From assembly GCA_027036135.1 (NCBI GenBank), contig JALVSY010000007.1:36880-100879 (forward strand): a DNA stretch of 64,000 bases. The letters are read 5' to 3'. The stretch comes from Pyrodictiaceae archaeon (lineage in GTDB: Archaea > Thermoproteota > Thermoprotei_A > Sulfolobales > Pyrodictiaceae). Both the position numbers and the translations under genes were made by a program. Positions 1-10,183 of the stretch are shown here, in pieces (the stretch's first letter is position 1; every line of letters starts with the position of its first letter). The notes under the pieces were generated by a model that made no database searches, was not told the origin of the DNA, and saw nothing but the letters and a program-made list of their open reading frames with translations.

Positions 1-614
1 GCCCATAGGCTCCTTGCGCTGCTCAAAGCTTCTCGAAGCAACGTGGAGCGCCGGGTCTTCTCCACAGGCTTCTCTAGGAAGAGGAGAGCTGAGAGAAGCG
101 CTGCCAAGCCGCCATTAGCAGAGCCGTAGAGAAACCCTGCTGCATAGCCATAGTGATCGACCAGCACCCCTGATATGAAGGGGGAAATGCTCGAAGCAAG
201 CGCTATCGCGGCGCTCCTTGCGGAGATAGCGCGGCTAGCAGAGACCCCAGGGATCACGCTTGCAGCAAAGATGCTCGGGGCCACAAAGAACGCTAGCCCC
301 AGGCCCTGCAACGCCCTAGCCAGCGCAACACCTAGGATACTGTGGCTCGCGGCAGCAACGAGCCCGGATACGAGTATCCATACACTACCCAGCACCATGA
401 AGGGGCGTGCACCGACGCGGTCAGCTCCAACACCCACAGGGATGCGCGAAACAGCCGAAGCCAGTGGCGCTAACGAGAAGACAAGCCCAACACTAGCGAC
501 GCTAAGCCCGAGGAACCGCGCATAACGAGCAATAATAGACGTAATAGCAATTAACCCCGAGAAGAACAAGTAGGAGGACCCAACAAGTAACCAGAGACCA
601 CGACTACCACGCAC
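1..614 (-). CDS. MFS transporter (3' end runs off the window)
   Basis: Hand translation of the minus strand from GTG at 614 gives a hydrophobic open frame with MFS motif A-like GVGADRVGARP and ARALQGLG; not in the ORF track because it is truncated. Confidence 0.8.
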   Translation of the reverse strand, partial: MRGSRGLWLLVGSSYLFFSGLIAITSIIARYARFLGLSVASVGLVFSLAPLASAVSRIPVGVGADRVGARPFMVLGSVWILVSGLVAAASHSILGVALARALQGLGLAFFVAPSIFAASVIPGVSASRAISARSAAIALASSISPFISGVLVDHYGYAAGFLYGSANGGLAALLSALLFLEKPVEKTRRSTLLREALSSARSLW

Positions 615-807
615 CCCCTCATGCCCAGGGAAGCAGGCCCGCGGAGAAGGGGATAGAAAAACATAGAGCAAGGCAGAACACGCAAGAGTCGTCACGGCTC
701 TGGGTAGTATGGGCATTTTTAGCGATGATTCATTGGAGCCCTATGGTGCTATGATGCTTTTACAGTATAAAGCATCCCTTATGGATTTGGTAGCAAAGTA
801 GGGGTTT

Positions 808-1119
808 ATGAGAAGGTGTTGTAAGAGTAGGAAAGAGGGCAAGATCGTCTTGCAAAAACAGTCGCTTGGAGACATAATCAAGGATATTAAGAGAGAATTA
901 GCAGCTATGACGCCGCTTATGGAGACACTAATAGACTTGATGATGATCTCTGAGGTCTGGGAGGAAAACGGTTACATTCATGTTATTGCGTGGGTACCGG
1001 ACCTAGTAGAGGGCAAGCCAAGGTATCGTAGAAAGCACATAGTCTATGATGTTGCTGGCAAGCGTATAGTAAGGGTGATAGAGGCTGAAAAGGAGGAAAC
1101 AGTACAAAAGGCGGTTTAG
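808..1119 (+). CDS. hypothetical protein, positional antitoxin candidate
   Basis: 103-aa ORF directly upstream of a decayed PIN gene. Confidence 0.5.
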   Translation: MRRCCKSRKEGKIVLQKQSLGDIIKDIKRELAAMTPLMETLIDLMMISEVWEENGYIHVIAWVPDLVEGKPRYRRKHIVYDVAGKRIVRVIEAEKEETVQKAV

Positions 1120-1120
1120 G

Positions 1121-1575
1121 GGAGCACTAGTTCTCGATACTGGTCCATTACTAGGCCTTTTATCCCTACATACAGCCCTTAGGCTGTGCTCTTGACGAGC
1201 TAGGTGCCTTAGTAGAGAAACTATATGACAAACTGCTCGGCTTTAGCCTTGTCTCCTCATGGCCTGTATTTACAGAGGCTCTCCACATTCTCGAGAATAG
1301 GTGCCGTCTCGAAGCGAAGAGACTACGTGGAGAAGCTTAGCGCGATAAAAGCTCTCCTAGCAATGGTAAAGGAGGAGACCATAGATCTTCACGAGGCACT
1401 ACGGAGACTAGCGCCAGGCGTTGATTTAGCCGATGCAGCACTCATCGGTTTACTAGAAAGGAGCCAAGGGCTATACACGCTACTAACCCACGACTATTCC
1501 CTAGCTAGGCTTGCTCGTCACCAAGGCCTACAAGCATTAACTACTTGGGAGCTACTAAGCCTCCTAGGCGGCTAA
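1121..1575 (+). pseudogene. PIN-domain (VapC-like) toxin pseudogene
   Basis: PIN motifs in three frames: LVLDTGPL (1121), SSWPVFTEALHIL (middle), DLADAALI...LLTHD (ORF 1225-1575); two frameshifts. Confidence 0.65.
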
Positions 1576-1595
1576 GAACTACATGCACTAGTGCC

Positions 1596-2174
1596 TTATT
1601 CTCCCAGCTTCTCCTCCAATCTCTGTAGCGCGTCCTCGTGGCTCCGGGTCCATTTGCCCCGCTTCTCTAGTTGGGGTTTCAGGTACTGCTTCGTTGTCCT
1701 TAGTAACTCTCTTAGAAGTGCCTCGATGTCATATACTGCTTCCAGCCTATCCCGGTACTTGCTTAGCTCTAGGTCCGGGTCCGGGCCGTGGTGTTGGTAG
1801 TCGTGTAGATCAAGGGCTATAGCTGTGTAGGCAACTAGGCCACGGCGCCTGGTAGCTTTCTCGAGTAGTTGTGCTAGTTGTCTTAGCCTAGTAGTGGGTA
1901 TTCTCGGTATTGCTCTCTCGCTTAGCCATCTCTTCTCCTTCTCACCTAGTCCCTGTGCTATCTTTTCCCTCTCTAGCATAACTAGAGCCCCTATTAGTGC
2001 TCGCCAGGCCTGGAATGCCTTCCCGGCAGCATTCCTTGTGTAGCCTTGCTCTAGGAACCCGAGCGCTATGAGGGCCTCCAGTAGAGCTTCGAGGGAGCGG
2101 GCAGAGGCGTAGCCAGTAGGGTCTCCCCGGGGCTTCGGTAGCGGCTTCTCTAGCTGCTCAGCGCTTAGATCCAA
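1596..2174 (-). CDS. PaREP1-family protein (HEPN-like)
   Basis: EKPLPKP...RNAAGKAFQAWRAL...ALDLHDYQHHGPDPD motifs typical of crenarchaeal PaREP1. Confidence 0.8.
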   Translation of the reverse strand: MDLSAEQLEKPLPKPRGDPTGYASARSLEALLEALIALGFLEQGYTRNAAGKAFQAWRALIGALVMLEREKIAQGLGEKEKRWLSERAIPRIPTTRLRQLAQLLEKATRRRGLVAYTAIALDLHDYQHHGPDPDLELSKYRDRLEAVYDIEALLRELLRTTKQYLKPQLEKRGKWTRSHEDALQRLEEKLGE

Positions 2175-2404
2175 TGACTATCCTACCTCCCGTATCCACT
2201 ACTGCTGTATCACTTAATGAATACTATTCTTGCACCTTGTTTCTAATCATGTTGCTTGCTGAGACCTTTATCGTCCATGTGTTGTTCGTGTAGTAATGTA
2301 TTTGTGAAAAAGAGCGTGTTTCTCGCAGCCTTGGTGATTCGTGGGAAAAACTTGGTGTATAGCGCGGGGGTAAACTTGGGGGGCTTGCTACTCTTCTCTC
2401 CGTA

Positions 2405-3352
2405 TTACTGGCTTGTTCCTAGTACGCGTTTTGCTAGCGAGACTAGTATCTGGCTCTTACTGTTACCGTGTTGTCGGGGATGATGGGTCGGCGATGGTAG
2501 TGGCTGGGGTATGTACTCTACTCCTGGCCTATTGTGCGGCGCCTGTGGGTAAAGCTCCATTAGCTCGTAGACCTCTGGCGGCACATCGGTGTTCACAGGT
2601 AGTCCTAGCTCCTTGGCCTTCTCAAGAGTTATTGGGTAGTCGTGGGTCCACCTACCCTCAGTGAGTATCCTTGCTAGCTCCTTGGCTTTCTCCTCGCCCA
2701 TCCTATCCTTTAGTAGCTCTACTATGGTTTCCTGCATCTCCTTGATGGCTTTCTCCGCTACATCCGCCACTATCAACGTGGTGTCTGCTGCCTTGTCCTT
2801 TTTCATCTGGGCTACCTTGACTATGCTCGGTGCTGGCATCACGGGTCCCTGGGGCCCCAGGGCTAGCTGTGGGTCAAGTGGGCCAAGCACGGCGTTCGGA
2901 TCCATGCGTATCTCGTCGGCGGCCAGTGCTATCAGGGTGCCGCCACTCATCGCGTAGTGCGGGACAATTACTATCTTCTTGCCAGGGTGCCTCTTGAGAG
3001 CCATTGCTATCTGGCTAGCAGCGAGCACTAAGCCACCCGGCGTATGCAGTATGAGCGCTATCGGCTTATCCGGTGGCGTCGTCCTTATCGCGCGGAGCAC
3101 CGCCTCCGAGTCATCAATGTCTATGAACCGTTGTATCGGTATACCGAAGAACGATATCCTCTCCTCCCTATGGATCATCGTTATTACTCGCCAGCCATAC
3201 TTCCGCTCCATCTCCCTTATCACGGCGAGCCTAGCAGCCTTTAGGCGGCGCAGACTCATAATGGGCTCCAGCATCGCTATTAGGAATATCAGCCAGAACA
3301 GCCACCAGATAACATCTCCAAAGCCGTAACCCGGAGCAGCGGTTCCCGCCAA
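2405..3352 (-). CDS. SDH-family Clp-fold serine proteinase (DUF114-type)
   Basis: N-terminal TM helix; LHTPGG, PHYAMSGGTLIALAAD, LGPLDPQ, WTHDYPI. Confidence 0.88.
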   Translation of the reverse strand: MAGTAAPGYGFGDVIWWLFWLIFLIAMLEPIMSLRRLKAARLAVIREMERKYGWRVITMIHREERISFFGIPIQRFIDIDDSEAVLRAIRTTPPDKPIALILHTPGGLVLAASQIAMALKRHPGKKIVIVPHYAMSGGTLIALAADEIRMDPNAVLGPLDPQLALGPQGPVMPAPSIVKVAQMKKDKAADTTLIVADVAEKAIKEMQETIVELLKDRMGEEKAKELARILTEGRWTHDYPITLEKAKELGLPVNTDVPPEVYELMELYPQAPHNRPGVEYIPQPLPSPTHHPRQHGNSKSQILVSLAKRVLGTSQ

Positions 3353-3516
3353 GACAACCAGCCTCTAACTATATAGCCTACTTGTTGGAGATATAAGCAA
3401 ATTACTCTGGAATCAAAAGAACTAGTTATACACACCCCTATCACGCGGAGCGAGAACACGATACAATCATAGACCCCGGGGAAAGATAGCTAGGGTTCCG
3501 GAGGCACTAAGCAGGT

Positions 3517-3976
3517 ATGCCGAGGATAGCGGTCCTTGAGGACGCTAAGCGAAGAAGCACTGGGCTATCGAGGGAGCAAAGAGAGAAAGCAATACAAATA
3601 ATAACAAATGCTCTCTGTAGACGGGAGGGAATAATCCTAGCAATCGTCTTCGGCGGGGTGCTCGTGGAGGAGAAACCTATCCGTGACATAGACGTCGCTA
3701 TCTACACGGGCTACAGGGTGAAGCCAAGCGAGTGGCCCAGCTACGTTGACGAGCTGCGCACTGTGCTTGAGAAAGAGCTGCACCAGGGCCTGGGGCTGCG
3801 AAAAAGCTGTGGACGTGGCTCTCCTGGAGTATGCGCCGCCTAGGCTACGGGCAACAATACTCAAAGAGGGACGAGTAATAATCGATCGCTCCCCGGGGCT
3901 CCGGGCCCTATTGCTCCTACGCTCACTAGACGATGCCAAGGCCATGGAAAGGGTTCGCAAAAGGCTAAAGCGATAA
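3517..3976 (+). pseudogene. minimal nucleotidyltransferase (MNT), frameshifted
   Basis: IVFGG...RDIDVAI in ORF 3517; C-terminus AVDVALLEYAPP in ORF 3746; removing one A from A5 (3801-3805) joins them. Confidence 0.7.
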
Positions 3977-4170
3977 GAGCAGAGCGAAGACGCTATTACT
4001 TAGTAAATAATACGGCCTAAGGGAAGAAGATTCCATAAAACAAGGGGTGTTGCCTAGGCTGGTGGGTGTGATTATACGTTGTTTTGGAGAGTAGCAAGGG
4101 AATACATTATTGTCTTGTATCTCTGGCCTTATTAGTCCGCGGTAATATAGTATTGAAGGGATGTATTGTC

Positions 4171-4539
4171 TTGAGTGCTCGGTTGTACCGGGAGCTTGTT
4201 GCACGTGCTAAGCACTTCTACAAGATTAGTGGGTACGATGTACGCGAGGGCCGTTACGATATCGCCTTGTTTCATCTCGAGCAGGCTGCTCAGCTAGCCC
4301 TCAAGGCTTATCTCCTCCGAGAGGTCGGGGATTTCCCTCGCGTTCATAGCCTCTACGACCTAGTAGAGGTTAGCGGTAATGATTGTTTGAGGAGGCTTGC
4401 CGAGAAGTACTGGTACGTAATAGATATACTCGACGACGCCTATACCGGTTCCAGGTACTTTGTGCGCCGCTACGGAGAGAAGGAGTACACGGCGGCGAAG
4501 AGGTTTGTAGAGGAGGTGTTTAGATGCACGGGTATCTAG
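4171..4539 (+). CDS. HEPN-domain protein
   Basis: YDIALFHLEQAAQLALKAYL, FPRVHSL, YTGSRY; overlaps downstream MNT. Confidence 0.85.
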   Translation: MSARLYRELVARAKHFYKISGYDVREGRYDIALFHLEQAAQLALKAYLLREVGDFPRVHSLYDLVEVSGNDCLRRLAEKYWYVIDILDDAYTGSRYFVRRYGEKEYTAAKRFVEEVFRCTGI

Positions 4540-4841
4540 AGTTTCTGCGAAAGAGGCGACGCGACCTAGAGGAGAACCTCGACAAGTACCTTTTGGCTCT
4601 GAAGAGGCTTGCTGAGCGCTATGGCGGCAGAGCCTATCTCTTTGGCTCGGTGCTCAGCGGCGAGGCGATAGCAGCGAGCGATGTTGATGTGTTGATAGAG
4701 GTTCCCGATAATGTTGATAGGCTAGGAGTTCTCCACGAGGCCCGCAGACTTGTACCTAACACACTCGTGGAAATACACGTGCTCAACGCCTCCGACGCTG
4801 AGGTGTTCAAGAGGCTCGTTAAGAGGATAAAACCACTCTAA
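4524..4841 (+). CDS. minimal nucleotidyltransferase (MNT antitoxin)
   Basis: YLFGS...SDVDVLI, VEIHV. Confidence 0.85.
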   Translation: MHGYLEFLRKRRRDLEENLDKYLLALKRLAERYGGRAYLFGSVLSGEAIAASDVDVLIEVPDNVDRLGVLHEARRLVPNTLVEIHVLNASDAEVFKRLVKRIKPL

Positions 4842-4926
4842 GCCTTTTACGAGGCATAGTGTCTCTAATAGAGTACCTTCTGTTTCCAAGGCTCTCCGGG
4901 TCAACCTAGTTACCGGGGATACGGCC

Positions 4927-5340
4927 ATGGTCTCGTCTGTTGAGGAGTATAGGTTGCTCCTAGCGAGGAGCAAGATGATGCTGGAAGAGGCCCGGGATGC
5001 TCTGAGGAAGAAGAGATACGACGTAGCAGTATTCCTGGCTGAGCAAGGCCTCTAACTCTACCTAAAGGCCCAGCTCTATCGCCTACTAGGCGAGTATCCC
5101 GGAACCCATGGTATTAGGCGCCTACTTGCTCTTCTCGCGGAGAGCCTTGGGGCAGGGCCGAGGAGGAGATAGCCAGGTTTTCTAGGGAGAAGAGACCCTT
5201 CCTCTCAGAGCTTGAAGACGTCTATATCGTTGCTCGCTACACGCCTAGGACATATACAGAGGAGGATGCGCGAGACATACTCGGGCTCGTAGAGGAGGTA
5301 ATAGGGCTTGTCGAGAAACTTCTACGAGCTAGTACTAGAG
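4927..5340 (+). pseudogene. HEPN-domain pseudogene
   Basis: ATG 4927; YDVAVFLAEQGL*LYLKA with in-frame TAA at 5053; YPGTHGI; frameshift near 5155; ELEDVYIVARY. Confidence 0.75.
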
Positions 5341-5652
5341 GTGGCGAAGGAGAACGGGAAGCTGCTTAGGAACTGGAGAAACCTAGCCAAGCAAGTAGCA
5401 AGAGCGGTGAAGGAGATATACCCGGGGGCCAGGGTCTTTGTTACTGGTAGCGTTGTACGCGGAGAAGCAATAATGGGTAGTGACATAGACATAGTGGTTG
5501 CACTACCCCATGAACCAGGGCCAAGGGAGGCAGCAAGAATAATAGCCCATATATGGGAGCGCCTAAGCCTACCAGACACTCATCCCATTGAGATACACGT
5601 AGTCTCCGAGAAACAACTAAACAAGTACAAAGAACTCATAGAGATAGAATAA
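5308..5652 (+). CDS. minimal nucleotidyltransferase (MNT)
   Basis: VFVTGSVVRG...SDIDIVV, IEIHVV. Confidence 0.85.
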   Translation: MSRNFYELVLEVAKENGKLLRNWRNLAKQVARAVKEIYPGARVFVTGSVVRGEAIMGSDIDIVVALPHEPGPREAARIIAHIWERLSLPDTHPIEIHVVSEKQLNKYKELIEIE

Positions 5653-5887
5653 CATTTAGTGGGGACGGACAAAGGTAATTGTCTAAGGAAACTGTTTTAC
5701 CCGTTTAGGTAATCTGTTTTCGAGCCCATCGACTAGTTAATGTACTATAGTATATATCGAGGTGTTAGATACTGAGAAGATTTTGTACCAAGAGATTACT
5801 GATAGTACTCCTAACTATTATTTAGATATTAGACAAGATACTTAGAGGCAGTATTCGGTTCTAATTGTAGTTTGGGGGTGCTAAGGC

Positions 5888-6085
5888 TTGTCTAAGGCGA
5901 TTAGGGCTAGGTATGAGAATGGCGTCCTGAAGCCGCTTGAGCCCTTAGAGCTTAGAGAAGGCGAGGAGGTAACAATAAGAATAGAGAGAAGTCTACGTGA
6001 GAAATTAAAAGACCTCATTGGAGCGCTAGGCAGGTCTAGTGACGAGGAGCTTGAAAGATACCTAGATACTTTATATAAGCACTAA
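5888..6085 (+). CDS. AF2212/DUF104-type antitoxin (no adjacent toxin)
   Basis: IRARYENGVLKPLEPLELREGEEV. Confidence 0.8.
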   Translation: MSKAIRARYENGVLKPLEPLELREGEEVTIRIERSLREKLKDLIGALGRSSDEELERYLDTLYKH

Positions 6086-6117
6086 TGCGGTTATCCCTGG
6101 GAATGGCTTGATAATCC

Positions 6118-6486
6118 TTGGCTGGGTGTGCTTGGTCTGGTAGGATAAAGGCATTGTTAGCTAGGCTTGGTGCCTCGTCCCAGGGTGGTCTCGCTGAGCT
6201 TGTGTGCGGCCTTGACGACTCTGTAGCGTTTAGTATTGTCGAGTTACTGGATCTTGTTGCGAGGTATAGGGCGGCTCCGAGCGGGGCTCGTGGAGAGATA
6301 GGCTCTAGTATACTGAGCTCCTTGATGGAGCTTTACTGGGTTACTCGTGGCGTCTATGGAGCCGGGCTCCCGGCTGAGCTTCACCGCGCGGTGAACAAGC
6401 TACTCCGGGGCGACGAGGAGGCAGTAGGGGGGATAGTAGCGGCTGTAGGGGAGCTAGTGAAAAACCTTGCTGGGAGGGGAGGCTAG
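6118..6486 (+). CDS. hypothetical protein
   Basis: 122-aa helical-looking ORF filling the gap, convergent with the BMP gene. Confidence 0.5.
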   Translation: MAGCAWSGRIKALLARLGASSQGGLAELVCGLDDSVAFSIVELLDLVARYRAAPSGARGEIGSSILSSLMELYWVTRGVYGAGLPAELHRAVNKLLRGDEEAVGGIVAAVGELVKNLAGRGG

Positions 6487-7913
6487 CCTCCGAGGGTTAT
6501 TATTTTCTCGTAGAACCAGTTCATGGTATTGCAGCTCTTTGGCTCCTTCTCGGTGAAGCACTTGCCCCAGCATTTTGTGCTACATCCCCATAGCTCGTTT
6601 CTGCCCCAGCGTACTCCTGGTGGTACCTTGGTCTCTACGGGCCCTATCTTCTTGCCGCTTGCCGGGTCTATGGTGTAGCCTCTTATGGGTCCCGTGAAGG
6701 GCTCGAAGAGTAGCTCCTTCATGTCCTCGTATAGCCTCTTTATCTCATCCACTGCCTTCGCTGGTATAACCTTGGTGTTTATCGGGGCTAGGTAGACCGC
6801 TCCCTCGTGCTTGCCAGCAGTGGAGTACTGTATGGGTCTCCTCCACCTTATTGGGACGAAGTCGCCTATCCTTGCCCATACATCCTCCTTCTCAGCAACA
6901 CCGGTTATCTTCTTAGCGAGCAAATAGATATAGATGGGGCCCCAGTCCGCGACCTGGCCTGTCAAGTGGTGCTCCACGACCTTCTTAGCTATAGGCGAGG
7001 AGGCTCCCTTGCCCTTGGTGAAGTACTCGAGCATGTTGCTGTAGTGGCTGAAGCTATAGGCGCCGTATTCCGCCGCTGTCTCGAGCACTGCGGTTGAGTC
7101 CTCAGTATAGGCCAGGACATCAACATTGTATTGGTTAATAAGCATGGCGGCGTACTCGTGTGCCTTGCTTGGGTTAAACCAGGCACGGAGTGGTGCAGTG
7201 ACGTAGATCTCCAGCTTCTCACCATTACCGCACTTGCCCATGAGCTTGGCGCCATGTACAGCGCCCATAGCGAAAGCGTTTATATCCCTAACAACCTCAG
7301 GCGTCAAGAACGCTGGTACATAGCCTACTTTGCAAGTCTTAGTGACAGCGCCGGCGGCTATGCCATTGAGGTAGTAGAGCTGATAGAACTCAGCAAAATA
7401 CGTCGCGACGTTCGGCAAGTCCTTAAACATCTCCCAGGGCCCGCTACAGTGATAGAACATGATGTTGGGGAACTCGGGAGCAAGCCTCCGAACAGCATCT
7501 ATGAAGTCAAAGCTGGTCGCGAAGACAGCGTCTATCTTCTTCTCCTCCAGTATCGGCTTAACCCTGTCATACGCCTCCGAGCCAGGCACGTTCTCGATAT
7601 AATACGTCTCTATGAACCTGCCTAGTGCTTTTTGAGCCTCTCTACGCCCCACATCATGTGCATGCGTCCAACCATAATCCCCAATAGGCCCGACGTAGAT
7701 CCAGAGGGCCTTGAGCTTCCTACCAGTACTGCTTACCACCGTCTTTGTAACGGTTTTCGTAGTAGCTGCACCGCTTACAGTCTTGGTCACAGTACGAACC
7801 GAGGAACTTTTTACAGCATATCCTGCTCCAGCACCAACGGCTAGCCCAATAATACCGGCGCCGAGGAGCTTAAGGAACTCTCTCCTAGAGGACAAGGCCC
7901 CAACTACACCCAT
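6483..7913 (-). CDS. BMP-family (purine nucleoside-type) ABC substrate-binding protein with Tat signal
   Basis: SRREFLK twin-arginine signal, Thr-rich linker, YVGPIGDYGWTHAHDVGR, YLNGIAAG, INAFAMG. Confidence 0.88.
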   Translation of the reverse strand: MGVVGALSSRREFLKLLGAGIIGLAVGAGAGYAVKSSSVRTVTKTVSGAATTKTVTKTVVSSTGRKLKALWIYVGPIGDYGWTHAHDVGRREAQKALGRFIETYYIENVPGSEAYDRVKPILEEKKIDAVFATSFDFIDAVRRLAPEFPNIMFYHCSGPWEMFKDLPNVATYFAEFYQLYYLNGIAAGAVTKTCKVGYVPAFLTPEVVRDINAFAMGAVHGAKLMGKCGNGEKLEIYVTAPLRAWFNPSKAHEYAAMLINQYNVDVLAYTEDSTAVLETAAEYGAYSFSHYSNMLEYFTKGKGASSPIAKKVVEHHLTGQVADWGPIYIYLLAKKITGVAEKEDVWARIGDFVPIRWRRPIQYSTAGKHEGAVYLAPINTKVIPAKAVDEIKRLYEDMKELLFEPFTGPIRGYTIDPASGKKIGPVETKVPPGVRWGRNELWGCSTKCWGKCFTEKEPKSCNTMNWFYEKIITLGG

Positions 7914-8520
7914 GAAGACCCCGAGGCCCCGGTGCGACTAATAAGCCGGTTCTCAAACAATTGAATACAAGCATTTTACGACAATAATAATAAAAACAAC
8001 GAAGCCCAGCACCATAAAAGCCGATTACTATGCATTATGCATTTGCTTTAGTCACCGATAGCGAGAAGAAAGGCCTAGTTATAGACAAGTATGGGGCTCA
8101 GAGATTGTTAAAAGATGCTACCTCGTGGTTTCTTGCTCTTGCCTTAGCTCTAGAAGATAGTCAATGCCTATGAGGATGTATATTATTCCCCATAGGGGGT
8201 CTAGGCTTAGCTCGCTTAGCGCCTTGTATGCGAAGAGTGCTGCGAGGAGTATGTAGAGGGTTCTCCGGAGCCCTATACATCCCAGCCCCTAGCCATGACT
8301 AGTGCTCACCTCTCCATCTCGGCCTATGCTATAGGTGTAACTTAGTTGTATGTTGTGTAGTTTTTCTTAACCTGACCTAGTTCTCTGATATGGCGAGTCT
8401 CCCCTTATTCTATTAGCGGGTATTACTTGGAACTGTATCTATACATTGGCTCTGCTCCCTCGTATACCTATATATAGTGGCTCCTTTGCTCCACTCTAGC
8501 CCAGGAGGCTGGTTCACGAG

Positions 8521-9039
8521 ATGGAGTTCTCGACCGCGAAGATACTCGCCATAATAGGTCTCATACTCGGGCTCGTCGGGAGCGGGCACGCAGCACTAGC
8601 AACCATAGGCCTAGTAATATACCTCATAGGCATGTACGGGTTAGCGGAGCACTATGGTAGAAACGAGCTCTTCCAATACGCGCTCTACGCCACGATAGGA
8701 ATGATAATAGCGATAATAGCAGCGGCAGCGATAATAGGAGTAGGGGTATTAACGGGCACGTTCACGCATGGCTTTAGCATAAGTGCTAGCATGGTCATCG
8801 GCTTCATAATACTATACATAGGTGTCCTCATAGCCGGCAAGTATAACCGAGACCTAATGCAAGCCCTAAGCGACTACGGCGACAAAGGCCTAGCAAACCT
8901 ATCGGCGAAGCTATACTGGTACGGCGCCATACTAACCATAATACTAGTAGGCGCATTCCTAGTATTCATCGCCGAGATACTAGAGGTAATAGTGCTAGCA
9001 ACACTGCGCGAACAAGCACCAGCAACCTACCAGCCCTAA
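8521..9039 (+). CDS. DUF996-like membrane protein
   Basis: Multi-TM protein; AKLYWYGAILTIILVG C-terminal motif. Confidence 0.7.
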   Translation: MEFSTAKILAIIGLILGLVGSGHAALATIGLVIYLIGMYGLAEHYGRNELFQYALYATIGMIIAIIAAAAIIGVGVLTGTFTHGFSISASMVIGFIILYIGVLIAGKYNRDLMQALSDYGDKGLANLSAKLYWYGAILTIILVGAFLVFIAEILEVIVLATLREQAPATYQP

Positions 9040-9225
9040 GAAAAGAGAACCCATGGGCCGCTCCTAGAACGGGATTCTCCTAGAAGTTATCCGGGATAGA
9101 GCCCTTAGGGTCTCACTGGCTGTTTTTACTGTGCATAGGAGCGACCGATAGGCCCATGTATATACTCGGTCTTCTCTCGGCCTGAGCAAAGTATGGAGAT
9201 GGGGAGGAGGGAGGAACGGCTAGGG

Positions 9226-9495
9226 TTAGAGCTTCTCCCACATCTCTGGGCATCTCTCTCTTGCCCCCCTCAGTAGTTCTCTTGAAGGATAGCAGCTCGT
9301 CCGCCCCTTACCATGACTCTTGCATATAATGAGCCCCTTCTTCTCGAGCCACCGTATGGTCTTCGAGAACCTATTCCCTGGTAGGCGGGCAAGCCGCCGA
9401 ATAGCCTCCAAAGGGGCATGGCAGCTCGGGGTCGCGCAAAGCTCGTAGAGAGCACACATCACGGCCATTACCTCATCGCGTGAAGGCTTACCCAC
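9226..9495 (-). CDS. small winged-helix protein with Cys/His motif (copy 1)
   Basis: CALYELCATPSCHAPLEAI...IRWLEKKGLIICKSHGKGRTSCY; paralog of 10154-10462. Confidence 0.7.
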   Translation of the reverse strand: MGKPSRDEVMAVMCALYELCATPSCHAPLEAIRRLARLPGNRFSKTIRWLEKKGLIICKSHGKGRTSCYPSRELLRGARERCPEMWEKL

Positions 9496-9534
9496 GTCGC
9501 ATCCTCCTTCTTACTAAGGCCATGAGGATAAATA

Positions 9535-9562
9535 TTCCGGCCGGAAAACCTTATTTCCGGCC
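9535..9562. promoter_or_regulatory. palindromic operator candidate between divergent genes (copy 1)
   Basis: Perfect palindrome TTCCGGCCGGAA 9535-9546 and partial repeat TTTCCGGCC 9554-9562. Confidence 0.45.
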
Positions 9563-9688
9563 ACTCCGGTGCATACTTAGCCTGGAACCGCCCCAGGGGG
9601 AGAGGACACAGGCTATTCGCGGATCCTTAGAACTACATACTCTCGTTGCCCCTGGGGGCTCCACGATACTGAGAGGCAATGGTGGTCC

Positions 9689-10183
9689 GTGTTGGAGGTT
9701 GCAGCCGAGAGAGTGGCTGAGAAGAGCGAGCTAGAGGAGGTACTTGGCCCGGTAGAGCCTCCGAAGCCCCTGGAATGGGTCCCTGTAATAGCTAGCCTGG
9801 GTATTGAGAGGAAGCGTGTCAGGCTACGTAGTGGCGAGACCCGGGTCTATGAGAGCTACCGGGTGAGGCTACCCAAGGAGGTTGTTGAGAAGCTAGGTCT
9901 CCGAGGAGAATCAACAGTGCTCCTTCAAGTAGCCCGGCCCCGCTGGTACCACCTCCTAGACTACAGGGAAGAGCCCCTCCGCACCAGGTTCAAGCAAATA
10001 AAGAAGCCATGGATAAAGGCAGAGATATGCCTCCTAGGCCTCGCCCCCCAGGATCTATGCAATGACTATAAGACAATCACAGTCATAGCCTCCGAGCAGG
10101 AGCTACGGGAACTAGGACTGGAGCCAGGCAAGCCAATAACGCTCAGAGAACTACTAGAGAGGGCTAGAAGCATGAGAGGCTGA
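9689..10183 (+). CDS. AbrB/SpoVT-like protein with extra C-terminal domain (copy 1)
   Basis: SGETRVYESYRVRLPKEVVEKLGL swapped-hairpin pattern; paralog of 10551-11042. Confidence 0.7.
   Translation: MLEVAAERVAEKSELEEVLGPVEPPKPLEWVPVIASLGIERKRVRLRSGETRVYESYRVRLPKEVVEKLGLRGESTVLLQVARPRWYHLLDYREEPLRTRFKQIKKPWIKAEICLLGLAPQDLCNDYKTITVIASEQELRELGLEPGKPITLRELLERARSMRG

Noticed and set aside
8100-8310. Short hydrophobic minus-strand frame (LYILLAALFAYKAL...)
   Set aside because: In-frame stop near the start and under 60 aa; cannot distinguish a remnant from noise
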